NCBI GenBank assembly: GCA_964016885.1
Contig: OZ024741.1
Coordinates: forward strand, 78,492,001-78,556,000
DNA: 64,000 bases
Reading direction: 5' to 3'
Source: Eledone cirrhosa
Taxonomy: Eukaryota
The notes beneath the pieces were generated by a model. The model was not told the origin of the DNA and searched no databases. It worked only from the letters and a program-made list of their open reading frames with translations. The first letter of the stretch is position 1; the number at the start of each line of letters is the position of its first letter. A program made the translations under genes and the position numbers. Below, piece after piece: positions 20,366 through 32,300 of the stretch.

Positions 20366-21689
20366 TATGTTGCTTCCATGCACTGTGCTGTTTGCTTTGT
20401 TATTTCTGTTTAGTTTTTCCATATTTATATCTTTACATATGTCTAAAGCAGGGGTTCCTAAAATTCTTTGCTTCATCGCCCATTTTCCCATGGAAATATT
20501 TTCCACCACCCATCTGTATATTAAGGAAAAGGGAATCAGATATACAAACCATGCCATGTTTAAAATAATACAGTTATTTAGTTGATCAATAACATTGGTG
20601 TCCCACTAAGGGACATATACAGGAGAAGGGAGACAGTGCCAGAAAGATAACAAATAAAACCACAACAGCATCAGCCTCAAGCCAACCAGTGATCCATCTG
20701 CATGGTCACCCAGCTTGCTGGAGACGGCAGTTAGATCTCCATTTTAACTTTTAAAAAAGGAACGATACTCAAGCTAAAGAAAGAAGTCTCTAAGTGGTCA
20801 CACTTTCTGCTAAAAATGGAAGGACACACTGACCTAAGAAGCAGACATCTGATTGGTCATTCGACCTATTAGAAATAGCAACCAATTTACCAATAAATCA
20901 CAGCCAACCACCAGGACATAACATATTAAATAATACATCGATGAGATCATCATGGCTGGAATAGCTTTGATGATAAGTTTGCTTGATCAGCAGGGTCATA
21001 CATCTGGGATAAATAGCAATAACAATAGCAACAACAAGTAACTAGAGAACCCCTATGTGGTCACTCACCCTGCTAGAAATAGTAACCATATCATCCTGAG
21101 ATTACCCTCTACTGTCTTAAAGAAGAAAGGTTACACTATATGATGTAGTTCCTGGTACTCCTAAAAATATGGGATGGCCGCGGCTAGAATGCCTTCCATC
21201 ATCAGACTGTTGTTACATTATTTTCTGTCCACTCCTCTCCATCTTTCCCTTCAACATCTCTCTCTCTCTCTCTCTCTCTGTTGCTCTCACTCTTTGTTCT
21301 TTACTTCTCTCTTGTCATCTTTCTATCTCTGAGGTCTTCAGGAACATTTTACTCTGTGTCATTGGAAATATGTTCTGTTGTATGAATGGGATAGGTAGCA
21401 CTTGAGGCATTGATAAAAATGTATAAATATTCCATCAGTCTGGCTCACATTCACACACACACACACATACACATACACATGCATGCATGTGCACACACAC
21501 ACATGCACATAAATGGTAATCTTTTGTTTTAAGTATCATGAAAGTAAAAAAAGAAATTCACTGAATGAAACAGGACTAATTTGTAAAAGTTACATCTGAA
21601 TGATATATATAAGGTACTCCAGTAAGAACATAGTCTAATGACTGACACCTGTAATATATATATATATATATAAAACAAACAAATAGTTT

Positions 21690-21992
21690 ATCACTCAACA
21701 TGGCTAAATACAATAAATGTAGTCTGAGTTTTTCAAATATTAATAATAATATTTGATTCCTTTGCAAACAGCCTCTTTAACACCATATCATTAGAATGAC
21801 CCATCATTCTTGCTCTTGTGTTGGCATGTAAACAGAACTGTAGACATTAATGTTTCTGGGTGATTACCCTTCACCAGTACAGTCTACTGCTTACCTGCCA
21901 AGTGTCGGAGCTAGTGAAAATATATGATATTTTCTAAAACATACAGTGACTGATTGGCTTGATTTGCATATTAGAAAACTGCCTGATCAGTC
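21690..21992 (-). mobile_element. Family A hammerhead element, diverged single copy (core CTGGTGA)
   Basis: Reverse complement of 2745-2814 plus 6955-7176. Confidence 0.75.
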
Positions 21993-22023
<31 letters not shown>

Positions 22024-22072
22024 TACAAATATTAATAAAATAGATGTTCTTTTGATCAATTACATTTTATTA

Positions 22073-22109
22073 TACATATTTCGGATGTACAACAGTACGT
22101 CCTCATCAG
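22073..22109 (-). ncRNA. Degenerate minimal hammerhead (family C)
   Basis: CTGATGA-GGACGTAC-TGTT-GTACATCC-GAAA-TATGTA, followed by AATAAA. Confidence 0.5.
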
Positions 22110-22299
22110 ACAAAATATGATACATGACATTATTAATATTTGTAATTTAATATTAATAACTCCGGAAAATTATTTACCGTAGAGTGCTTCCAATCTAATG
22201 TAAAACTCATTCTTTGACATACTCATTGAATATTGTTTAACACTTTAATATATATATATATATATGTATGTATGTATGTATATATTTAATCATTATTGC

Positions 22300-23880
22300 A
22301 AAGTAAATTAGAAAACTAGGCGTTGACGAATGGCTTGTGAGAGCTATACAAGCCATGTATAAAGAAACAGTCAGCAAGGTTAGAATTAACAATGAATATA
22401 GTGAAGAGTTTAGCGTAAAAGTTGGCGTCCATCAGGGCTCTGTTCTCAGCCCCCTACTATTTATTATTGCCCTTCAGGCTATAACAGAGGAGTTCAAGAC
22501 CGGCTGCCCATGGGAACTCCTATACGCAGACGACCTGACACTCATAGCGGAATCAATGGCCGAGCTAGAGAAGAAATTCCAAACATGGAAGCACGGCCTA
22601 GAATCAAAAGGCCTTAAAATTAACCTGGATAAGACTAAAGTTCTAGTTTGTAGGAAAGAAAATAAGGCGGCGGTCCCTTCTGGGAAATGGTCGTGCTCGG
22701 TGTGTAGGAAAGGCGTAGGTAGAAACTCCATTTTATGTCCTAAATGCAAAGTATGGGTGCATAAAAGATGTAGTGGGACCACAGGTAAGCTAACTAAGAA
22801 CATAGATTTTACATGTGGCCGGTGCTCTGGTGCAATAAGTAGCAGCAAGTGCCCACAAAATACTAGCTCTTTCAATTGCGCAGAGGGTTCTATAGAAATA
22901 GTGGACAGTTTCCGTTACCTGGGTGATAAAATCAGCAGTGGGGGAGGGTGCTCTGAAAGTACAGTAGCTAGAGTCAGAACTGGTTGGACAAAGTTCAGAG
23001 AGCTTATACCACTATTAGCTGCTAAAGGGTTCTCCCTAAAAATGAAAGGCAGGTTGTACGATGCCTGTATACGAACAGCAATGTTGCATGGCAGTGAGAC
23101 CTGGGCATTGTGTGCAGAGGATATACGCAGACTAGAGAGGAACGAAGCTTGCATGCTCCGCTGGATGTGTAACAGTAATATACGTGAACGGCAAAGCATA
23201 AACGAACTAAGGAAAAAATTAGAAATAAGAGGGATCAGATGTTGTTTACTCGAGAGAAGGCTACGTTGGTATGGACACGTGATGCGCATGAAAGTCGATA
23301 GCTGTATAACAAAGTGCAGGGCAATAAAGATAGACGGTAGCCACGGAATAGGCAGACCTAGAAAAACCTGGGACGAGCTGATAAACTCCGACCTCACACA
23401 CTTACACCTCTCCAAGACAATGTCACTGGACCGAGACCTTTGGCGGTACTCAGTAACAGAGAAGACCCGCCTTACCTAAATACATAGTAAAACCTACTAC
23501 AGCCAGTAGGCATCTCTAACAAAATACACCCCCCCCCGTCCCACCACCCCCAACCCATCCACGCCACCCCGTTCTATGTAAAGTTGTGTTGGTGCCACAC
23601 CATCCAGGCCGAAACAAATGAGATCGTGTAGGTGTCACGACAAAAAAACACACAGTCCACGCTGTAATGTGGCCGTGTAGGCAACACGGTAAAAACCTCC
23701 CAGCCCCACACTGTAAATGTGGTTGGTGTTAGGAAGGGCATCCAACTGTAGAAAACCTGCCAGACAGTCCTATGCGAGCAAGACAATCACTCTTGCCTCA
23801 AGTGGGACTACCCCCGTCCAAACCCATGCAAGCGTGGAACACGGACGTTAAACGTTGATGATGATGATGATGATGATGAT
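22300..23880 (+). mobile_element. 5'-truncated RTE-clade LINE in (TA)n with (GAT)n tail
   Basis: RT ORF 22337-23479 (GVHQGSVLSP, YADD, FRYLG, RLRWYGHV) and a long 3' UTR. Confidence 0.92.
22337..23479 (+). CDS. RTE reverse transcriptase C-terminal part with inserted C4HC3 (PHD-like) finger
   Basis: 380-aa uninterrupted frame; CSVC..CPKC..HKRC..CGRC lies between YADD and FRYLG. Confidence 0.8.
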   Translation: MRAIQAMYKETVSKVRINNEYSEEFSVKVGVHQGSVLSPLLFIIALQAITEEFKTGCPWELLYADDLTLIAESMAELEKKFQTWKHGLESKGLKINLDKTKVLVCRKENKAAVPSGKWSCSVCRKGVGRNSILCPKCKVWVHKRCSGTTGKLTKNIDFTCGRCSGAISSSKCPQNTSSFNCAEGSIEIVDSFRYLGDKISSGGGCSESTVARVRTGWTKFRELIPLLAAKGFSLKMKGRLYDACIRTAMLHGSETWALCAEDIRRLERNEACMLRWMCNSNIRERQSINELRKKLEIRGIRCCLLERRLRWYGHVMRMKVDSCITKCRAIKIDGSHGIGRPRKTWDELINSDLTHLHLSKTMSLDRDLWRYSVTEKTRLT

Positions 23881-23901
23881 ATATATATATATATATATAT
23901 A

Positions 23902-24987
23902 TGTAGGAAAGGTGTAGGTAGGAACTCCATTCTCTGCCCCAAATGCAAACAATGGGTACACAAGAGATGTAGCAGGATCTCAGGAAGCTTAACTAAGAAC
24001 ATAGGCTTCACATGTAGCAGCTGTGCTGGGACAGCAAGCAGCATACAGCCACAAGAAACAAGTACCACCAAACTCTGGGAGGGCTCTGTAGAAACAGTAG
24101 ACAGCTTCTGCTACCTAGGTGACCGAATTAGCAGCAGAGGTGGGTGTTCGGAAAGTACAATAACTAGGGTAAGAACGGGATGGAAGAAGTTCAGGGAGCT
24201 ACTGCCACTGCTAGCTGCAAAAGGGTTTTCCCTCAAAATGAAAGGCAGACTGTATGATGCGTGTATACGAACGGCAATGTTACATGGTAGTGAGACCTGG
24301 GCGCTGTCTGTGGAAGACTTGCGTATATTTGAAAGAAACGAAGCCTGCATACTCTGATGGATGTGTAATAGTAATATACGCAAACGGCAAAGCATAAATG
24401 AATTGAGAGAGAGACTGAGCATAAGAGGAATCAAATGCTGTGTGCAGGAGAGGCGGTTGCGTTGGTATGGACATGTGATGCGTATGAAGGATGACAGCTT
24501 AATAAAAAGGTGCAGAGCACTAGAAGTCGATGGAAACCGCGGAGTGGGGAGACCCAAGAAGACCTGGGATGAGGTGATAAAAGCCGACCTTACCCAATTA
24601 CACCTCTCAAAAGCGATGACACACGACCGTGACCTCTGGCGTCACACAGTAATACAGAAGACCCGACCCCCGACGGGTACAAGCCGAAGCTGAAGCATAT
24701 AGACAATATGTCCCCAAACCCTCCCACTGCAAAGTGGTCGTGGAGGTGTCACGGCAAAAAAGCACCCAGCCCACATTGTAAAGTGGACGTGTAGGCGCCA
24801 CGGAAAAAAGCACCCAGCACTCACTGTAAATGAGGTTGGTGTTAGGAAGGGCATCCAGCTGTAGAAATCAAGCCAAATCAGTTCCTGTATGAGCAAGGCA
24901 TGGTCAGCCGACCAGACACTGCCCACAACAGGACAACCCGTCTAACCCATGCTAGCGTGGAAGAATGGACGTAAAACGGTGATGATG

Positions 24988-24989
<2 letters not shown>
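23902..24989 (+). mobile_element. 5'-truncated RTE LINE, related subfamily, tandem to the previous copy
   Basis: RT C-terminus similar to 22700-23480; 3' UTR with GGAAGGGCATCC; (GAT)n then (TA)n. Confidence 0.88.
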
Positions 24990-25040
<51 letters not shown>

Positions 25041-25128
25041 AGAAGCAAAAAATTGTTTATTGTGATCCAGTTTTTGGTTAAGAAAGCCAGTTTCATGGCT
25101 TTTATTTTTGTCATTATTATCTTTATCT

Positions 25129-25174
<46 letters not shown>

Positions 25175-25752
25175 CTCTTTATATCTCCCCCCCCCCCTCT
25201 CTCTCTCCCTCTCTATCCATCCCTCCCACTATGATCAATTTAATTCTCTTTAACTCACTACATTCCACGACATGAAGTCTGCTATCAAAACTGACCAAGG
25301 AATCCTTCCACCTCTACCCCTCCCTCCCTCTCAGTTTGTCACTCTACTTCTTACCTCTTCCCCTTCCTCTCTTTCTATACTATTCCGTCTGTCCCCTCAC
25401 CTTCTGATTCTTCTCTCTCTATACTAGTAAATACAATTCCAAATAAATGTTTTTCTCTATATATTAAGAATTATTTCAAGAGTAACTTACTCACTATTTT
25501 GAAACATTTGGACGTGAACAACAATTATAATTGAGTGGCTGCTATTTGCAGTATAGCAATATAAGGGTGCATTTACCAATGAAACGGTCGTAAATACCTG
25601 GATAAAATCCTTCTCTTAATGCTTACCTGTGTTTTCTCTTTTATACTATATATATATATAATGGAAAAATTTGAACGGGAACAAAACAGAGAGGCAGTAC
25701 AACGAATGTTTATTAATTTCACGCTCTGGAGAGTGGGGTGTTGGTGGGGAAC

Positions 25753-25780
25753 GACGTTTCGGGCATAAGCCCTTCCTCAG
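25753..25780 (-). ncRNA. Minimal hammerhead core of the Penelope pLTR
   Basis: CTGAGGA-AGGGC-TTAT-GCCC-GAAACGTC; AATAAA lies 40 nt downstream (TTTATT at 25708-25713). Confidence 0.7.
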
Positions 25781-27227
25781 GTGAGAAGTGTGTGGGAACA
25801 GAGTTCAAAGGGTGTGTAGGGGAGTGGTGGAGAGACATATAGCGAAAGGAAACGGTGCGAATGAAATTAAAAATAAAAATAAAAATAAAAATAAAAATAA
25901 AAATAAAGCATGATCAAAATAAACTGAAATTAAAAGGGGGGTAAAACAGGTGGTGGAAGGGTGTGGGGTGTGTAGGGGTGGTGGCGGGTGGAGTGGGGAG
26001 AGGGAGACGGGGTGTCCGAGCGGGGAGGGCTGAAGGTGGTGTGTGTGTGTAGGTGTACGTGTGTGTGTGTGTGTGTGTATGTGAAAGTAAGGGTTGGGGG
26101 AAGAACGGGGTTGCATGTTCAGGAAGAGGTGTGGGGGGGGGGGGGGTTGTAGGTCGGAGTGTCTGTGCGTGCGTGGATAGAGGGGTGGGGGGAGATGAAT
26201 CGGGAGGCTGAGAAAGCACGTGTGTGTGGGGTTTAAGCGTGTTGTGGATGGAGGTGGCGTGTGGAGAAAAAAAAATTTTTTGGGGTGTGTGTGTGGGTGA
26301 GTTATATAGGTGATTACGTAAGAGGATGGTTGAAAAGTTGGTAAAATCCGATGATGTTTAGTGGATTCTGTGGTGGTCAAGTTCTACGTACGAGTATTCC
26401 ATGAAGCGATGGTCGGAAGAGGAGAGATGTGGGATGCGCGCGCAACAGGAAGTGGTCAAGCAGTGGGAGTGCTGTGTGTCTGTTTGTGCTGGGAGGTGGT
26501 CAGAGGGCATAGCAGCACTCGGTGGAATGGTAAAGGGGCGAGGATGGGTAGGTGTGAAAGTTGGAGTGAGGAGGGTGTGTGTGTGTGTATTAGTAGAGGT
26601 GTTAGTGGGATGAGTGAGTGTGGAGCGAGGGTGTGGGTGGAGCGAGGAGAGAAGGGTGTGTGTAGTTCTATGGAGGGAGTGTGGTGTACTGGTGTGTGTG
26701 TAGTTTGATGAAGGGGTGTTAGTGGGTGTTAGTATACGGGAGGTGGGGAGGGGTTGAATGCAGGTGTGAGTGGGGGTTAGTGGTGGTAGGGTGTGTAGAG
26801 TTGGTGGTGTACGAGGGTGTCTGAGTACGTGTGCGTGGGGTTGGGGGGTGTTAGTGATGTTAGTTGCGTGTGGGGTGGGTGGTGTAAGTGGGTGCGTGTG
26901 TTCGTGTGCTTGGGGTCAGGGGTTGTTAGTGAGGTTAGTTGCGGGGTGGTGGGATGGAGGTGTGGGGGTGAGGGTTAGTGGTGGTAGTAGGGTGTGTGTT
27001 TAGTGTGAGCGCGTGTATATATGTGCTGGTGGGTGTGTGCGTGTGATAAGGAGGGGGGAGGAGGAGAAGAAGGGAGGGATGTTAGTATGTTAGTTGGGGA
27101 AGGGTGGTCAGATGAGGGGTGGAGTGGAGGTGTTAGTATTGTTAGTTGTGGGGTGGGCGGTGAAAAGGAGGGGTGTGTTAGTGGGGTTAGTGGGGGATAA
27201 GTGTGGGGGGAGGGGGGCGGTCGAAGG

Positions 27228-28555
27228 CTAAAGGAATAAGGGTGGGGAGTTCAGGCCGGGGGGAGTGTGGGTCTGTAAGATGAAGATAGTTCTTTGTTCG
27301 ACTCTAAGGCGATTGGCGGGTGTTCTGTGGCACTGGAGTAGGCCACAGACTGTGAGATGGCGTGCGGAATGTCCAGGGCCACCAAAGTGGCGGGCGATGG
27401 GGGAACTACCCCCGAGACGAATATCCCGGAGGTGCTCAGTGAATCGGTCCGCCAGGCGACGTCCCGTCTGTCCGACATAAGTCGCGCTGCACTCCGTGCA
27501 GCGAAGTCCGTAGACTAGGTTGGAGGAGGTGCAGCGGAAGGCATGCCGGACAGAGAGAGAGTGGCCGTTGGGACCCTGGAAGGTGGTGGTGTTGGTGATG
27601 TGGGGACAGGTGTTGCAGCGGGGCCTAGAACAGGGAAAGGAACCGGGGGGGGGGGAGCTGTTGACGAGGAGGGTGCGGAGATTGCTGCGCGTTTGAAGGA
27701 GGGGAGTGGTGGGGTTGGGAAGATGTGGGAGGTGGAGGGGTCGGACTGGAGGCGTCGGAAGAGGCGGCGGATGGTGCGGTGGAGGGGTGGTAGGTGATGG
27801 GGAAGGGGAGACGGTGGGTGGGTGTGCGGTGGCGTGGGGTGAGGGTGGTGGAGCGGGGGACAGCACGGGCGCGGGTGAGGGGGGGGGGGGGGGGGTAACC
27901 TCTTCGGATGAAATGGCTGACTAGGGAAAGGGCCTGGGACTCAAAGTCAGCATCTCGGCTACAGAGGCGGCGGATCCTGAGAAGTTGGGAGTAGGGAATG
28001 GAATGTTTAGTATGGGTGGGGTGGGAAGAGGTGAAGTCGAGGTAAGAGTGGGAGTCGGTGGGTTTGAAGAAGGCGGAGGTGATGAGGGAGTGGTGGGAGG
28101 GGTCGAAGGCGACGGAGATGTCTAAGAAGTGGACGTGGGTGGTGGAGATAGAGGTGGTGAAGTGGAGGGAGGGGTGGAAGGAGCAGAAGAAGGAGAGGAA
28201 GGAGTCGAGCTGTTCTCGGGTGAGGGTCGTGGCTCCGATACAGTCGTCAATGTAACGACCGTACAGTTAGGGCGTGGGGCCGGTGTACTGGGCAAAGATT
28301 TGGGCCTCAACATGGCCAACAAAAAGGTTGGCATAGTTCGGGCCCATTCTTGTACCCATGGCTACCCCCGTGACCTGTTGGTAAAACTCACCCGAGAAGG
28401 AGAAACAATTCAGGGTGAGGACCAGCTCGGCGAGGCGAAGGAGGGTGGAGGTGGAGGGAATGGGGGAGGGGCGAAGGTCGAGGTAGTGTTTGAGGGCGCG
28501 TAGGCCGTCGGCGTGGGGGATGACGGTATAGAGGGACTTGATGTCTAGGGTGAAT
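27228..28555 (-). pseudogene. Penelope RT/GIY-YIG endonuclease (partial)
   Basis: ORF 27228-27866 encodes GIY-YIG with a CCHH linker; RT motifs lie upstream in 27920-28555. Confidence 0.88.
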
Positions 28556-29387
28556 TTATATATATATATTTATATATATATCATAATCCACCTGGTTGTG
28601 GTGGGGTTGATAATGTTGTTAGAACTCAATGTGTCTTTGGAGGGATGGATGCAGCGAAATTCGGCAGTGTGACTGGTAGTTTTTGTGGTAGTTGAACACC
28701 GCCTAGGGTATCTTCGAAGAAAATCCATCCAGGTTCCAGAGTCATTTACATATATGTGTTTGTGCAGAGAAAAAAAAACAACACAGAATTCAGGCGTTGG
28801 TAGATAGTTCATTGTTTTACAATCATTTGAGATGGTCAATTGATCAGTGGGGATTAATGTATCGATTAGCATGGTAGAGGTTATGTTACTACTTATTTCT
28901 AGTCTGAAAATCCCTGTTGAATTGGCTGTCTTCTTCAGAAACAGTAAACTGGGATTTTATTTGCTAGATATATATACATGAAGATATAAAGGTATAAAGA
29001 TATAAAGAGGCATTGGCATGTAGTGTGTCCGAATCGTTGTTGAAATAGGAGAGGATGGGAGTAGTGTATGTAGAAAGCATATAAGTATGCGTAAAGAAAG
29101 GTAGATAATAATAATAATAATAATAATAACAATAATAATAATGCTTTCTTTATTGATCACAAGGGTTTACATAAAGTAGACATTAAGGACAGTACAGGAC
29201 AATACAGGACGGTACAAATGGGCATTTCTGCGTGTAAAAAAAACAGAGGATGTAATAAAAAATAACAATGAAAAATTCCGCAATAGGGGGGAGACTTCCG
29301 AGGGACATTTGTGGAGAAAGCGCATTAAAGGCCACAGTGACCCTGACCACCAGGGCAAGTGCCCTCTCCCAGTTTTCCACCTTTAAT

Positions 29388-32300
29388 TTACAGACATATA
29401 CTCAGAGTAGGCCCATTCACTCGGGCCATACTTGCTTCTCTCACTCATCTTTCAACAAAATGCTGGGAAGAGAGCACTTCCCTCTCTACCCTGATTTTCC
29501 TTTTCAAATGAAATTTGAAAAAGTTAATCAGGGCATCACCGAAGAAGTAAGTGCTCGTCTTCAGCCCTTTCAAATGTGTCCACCATACTATCTCTTTCGC
29601 CGTGGCCACCAGACAGATAAAAACTGCCTGCCCTTCCCGGCTAAAGGAAGAGGGTGGGGCAATCCTCACGATGGACTCAGCTGATAGCTGGATCCGTCCT
29701 ACACGTGACAGCAGGTGTTCGACATAAACCCACAAGTCAGCAATGCTCGGACACTGGACGAGTGCGTGCAGGACGGTTTCGTCGCCCTGCGCGCATTTCG
29801 GACATGCCTGTAGAGTTTATCCCGAACTGGCAAAGCTCCTCGGTATCACTGCCAGGCCAGGGATTTCTGGAAGTTGTCCATAGGCCCCGGCCCGAAAGTC
29901 CTTCCGAAGAGATTGGCTAGTTGATTTTCGTCGACGCCTAGAGTTTCTCCAAGTACGTCGTCGCTCTTCCCCTCCACTAATCCCCTATAGAACGCCAAGG
30001 TGGAGTTTCCACCGATCACATTGCCCGATTGGTCGAGGGCTGTGAGCGCCTGAAGACATTCCAGTCTCCAAGCGCTCCCTCTCGGTCTTCGCTTGACCCA
30101 GGACTGCAGCTCCACCAAGGAGACGAGCTGGGGAAAGACGTGTCTAGCAAACGGCGACCACACCTGATCACCGTCGAGGAAGAGGTGGAGATGTCGTAGC
30201 CTGAGCGCGTGTCTGTGCATCATCAGCCACGGCATGCCCAGCCCTCCACGTAGCGGGTGTTGACAGCAGATGGACCGCCTGACCATCGGAGTGTGTCCCT
30301 TCCACAAAAAGCGAAAGAGCAAACGCTCCAGCGCAGTCAGGCGGGGCTTAGGACAAGGTACGACGGTCAGGCTGTAGTAGATGACGGACGCGATGTACGC
30401 GTTAGCCACCTCCGCTCGACCTTTCTGGGATAGCTTCCTCTCTGCCCATTTCTGGGTGACAGAAACCATGCTGCTCGTCACCTCGTCCCAGTTTTTGTCC
30501 GTCTGGAGGTCCGGACCGAACCAGACCCCTAGCAATTTAACCGGTCCGTCCGACCAGCGCCCAACAACGCTGCTGGACGGCATGGACCTGTGTCTCCAGG
30601 TGCCGAGCTGCAGGCCCACTGACTTTTCCTGGTTGATCATTGCTGCTGTCACCGCTTCGTATTCTCTTAGTGTAGTGCCGATCGCCTCGATGTGTTTGGC
30701 GTTCGACACCACTACGGTGACATCGTCCGCATATGCTGACACGGATCTTCCGCATCCTAGTTCGCGCGGGACCCCCCTCAACGTCTCCAGTTTGTCCAGT
30801 AATGGCTCGAGAGTCAATACGTACAAGAGGGATGAGAGGGGACATCCTTGGCGGACCGAGCGCATGATGTTGAACGGTTCCGAAAGGTGACCGTTCACTC
30901 TCACCACAGAGCAGATGTCGCTGTGCATGGCAGCGATCCAGCCTCTGAAGACGGGCCCAAAGCCAGCCGCCCTCAGTACTGCCGCTAGGTAACGATGGTC
31001 GACCCTATCGAAAGCTTTCGACTGATCTAAATTGATCAAGGACCCACCCGTTCCAGGTTCCCTAGCTACCCTCTCTACGATTTATCGCATGAGTGGAGGT
31101 TGTCGTGGATGGATCTGTCGGGAATGGCGCACGTCTGCGCCTCTCCCACCAGACCACCAACGACAAGCGCCAACCTCTTTGCTAGCACCTTGACCAAAAT
31201 CTTGAACTCTGTGTTTAGCAGAGTTATGGGCCTGAAATTATCTATGTTATACCCCTTGTTCGGATCCTTTCTCAGCAGCGCCACAGCTCCTCGGCTCACA
31301 GAGCTGGGAATTCTCCCGTTCTGTTGCCAGTTGCAGTAGACGTCCGCCAAGAGGCTTCCGAACAAATCTGGCATCTGTACGTAAAGTTCATAGGGCAGAC
31401 CATCCAAACCAGGCGATTTACCCCTTGTGCAGCCAGTCATTGCCTCCCGTACTTCAGCGGCTGTTATCGGCTTTTCGCAACACTCCGCCTCAGTGGCCGA
31501 GAGCCGCGGCAGTCCGTCGAGGTAGACACTAAAGTCCATCCCTCGATTCGGCCCGCTGCTGCCCCCGAACAGCTGGGCGAAGTGTCGCTGGAAAGCTTCA
31601 CACATTTTCCCGGGATCGAGTAGCATGCGCCCGTCGTGGTCCACCAAAGACCGGATAGTGGCTTTGTTACCACGACGCGCCTCCGCCACTCGGGCCCATT
31701 GAACGGCTTTCGTCCCTTCGTGTCTGAGAGTACGCACCCTAGCTCTGACAACGCAGCCTTAGTGCTTTGCATTTAAGAATTGGCCAAGGGCCAATTAGCC
31801 GCAAGTACGTCGGTCGCGATGCCTTTGCTAAGCGCCTCGTCTAATTTTCTAACTAATTCTCCCTCTGCTCTATTTTTCTCTATTGCAAAAGCCTTACTAA
31901 ACCTAATGGACTCTATTCTAATTTCTCTTTTCAGAGCAAACCACTACTTGTTGTTGACGATGGCCCCCGTAAACGCCCGCTTAACTAGTTCGTTAATCCG
32001 GTCTCTGTAGGCCTTGCGCGCTGGTAAGGACGCGTTTAGCTTCCAGTAGCCGGGTCCTCGTCTATGAAGCCTATCTAAGTCAAGCACACAGATCACGAAT
32101 TTGTGGTCCGTGTAGCTGACTAACTTGAATTGTGGACAGCCTATGCTAGACCTATCTATTTCCCTACAAAATACTCTATCTAGATATGATCTGGATGACC
32201 CTATGCGATTTGTCCAAGTCCACATTGGCACATTCGGGAAATCCAATCGGTACCTGTCAGACAGTTCAAAACGCCTGAGCAGGTTGTTGAGACTCTTGCA

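Larger units (their letters stand above)
25660..28555 (-). mobile_element. 5'-truncated Penelope-like element (RT plus GIY-YIG) with long low-complexity 3' region and hammerhead
   Basis: Minus strand LDIKSLYT, GVAMG..MGP.YAN, RYIDD; C..PRC.TC, VYGLRC..C..TYVGQT.R.L..RF.EH, GLN; flanked by (TA)n. Confidence 0.92.

Noticed and set aside
25540-25600. GAAACGGTCGTA hammerhead half-motif
   Set aside because: No upstream CTGANGA found.
25805-27003. Pro/His- and Gly/Val-rich ORFs
   Set aside because: Low-complexity Penelope 3' region.
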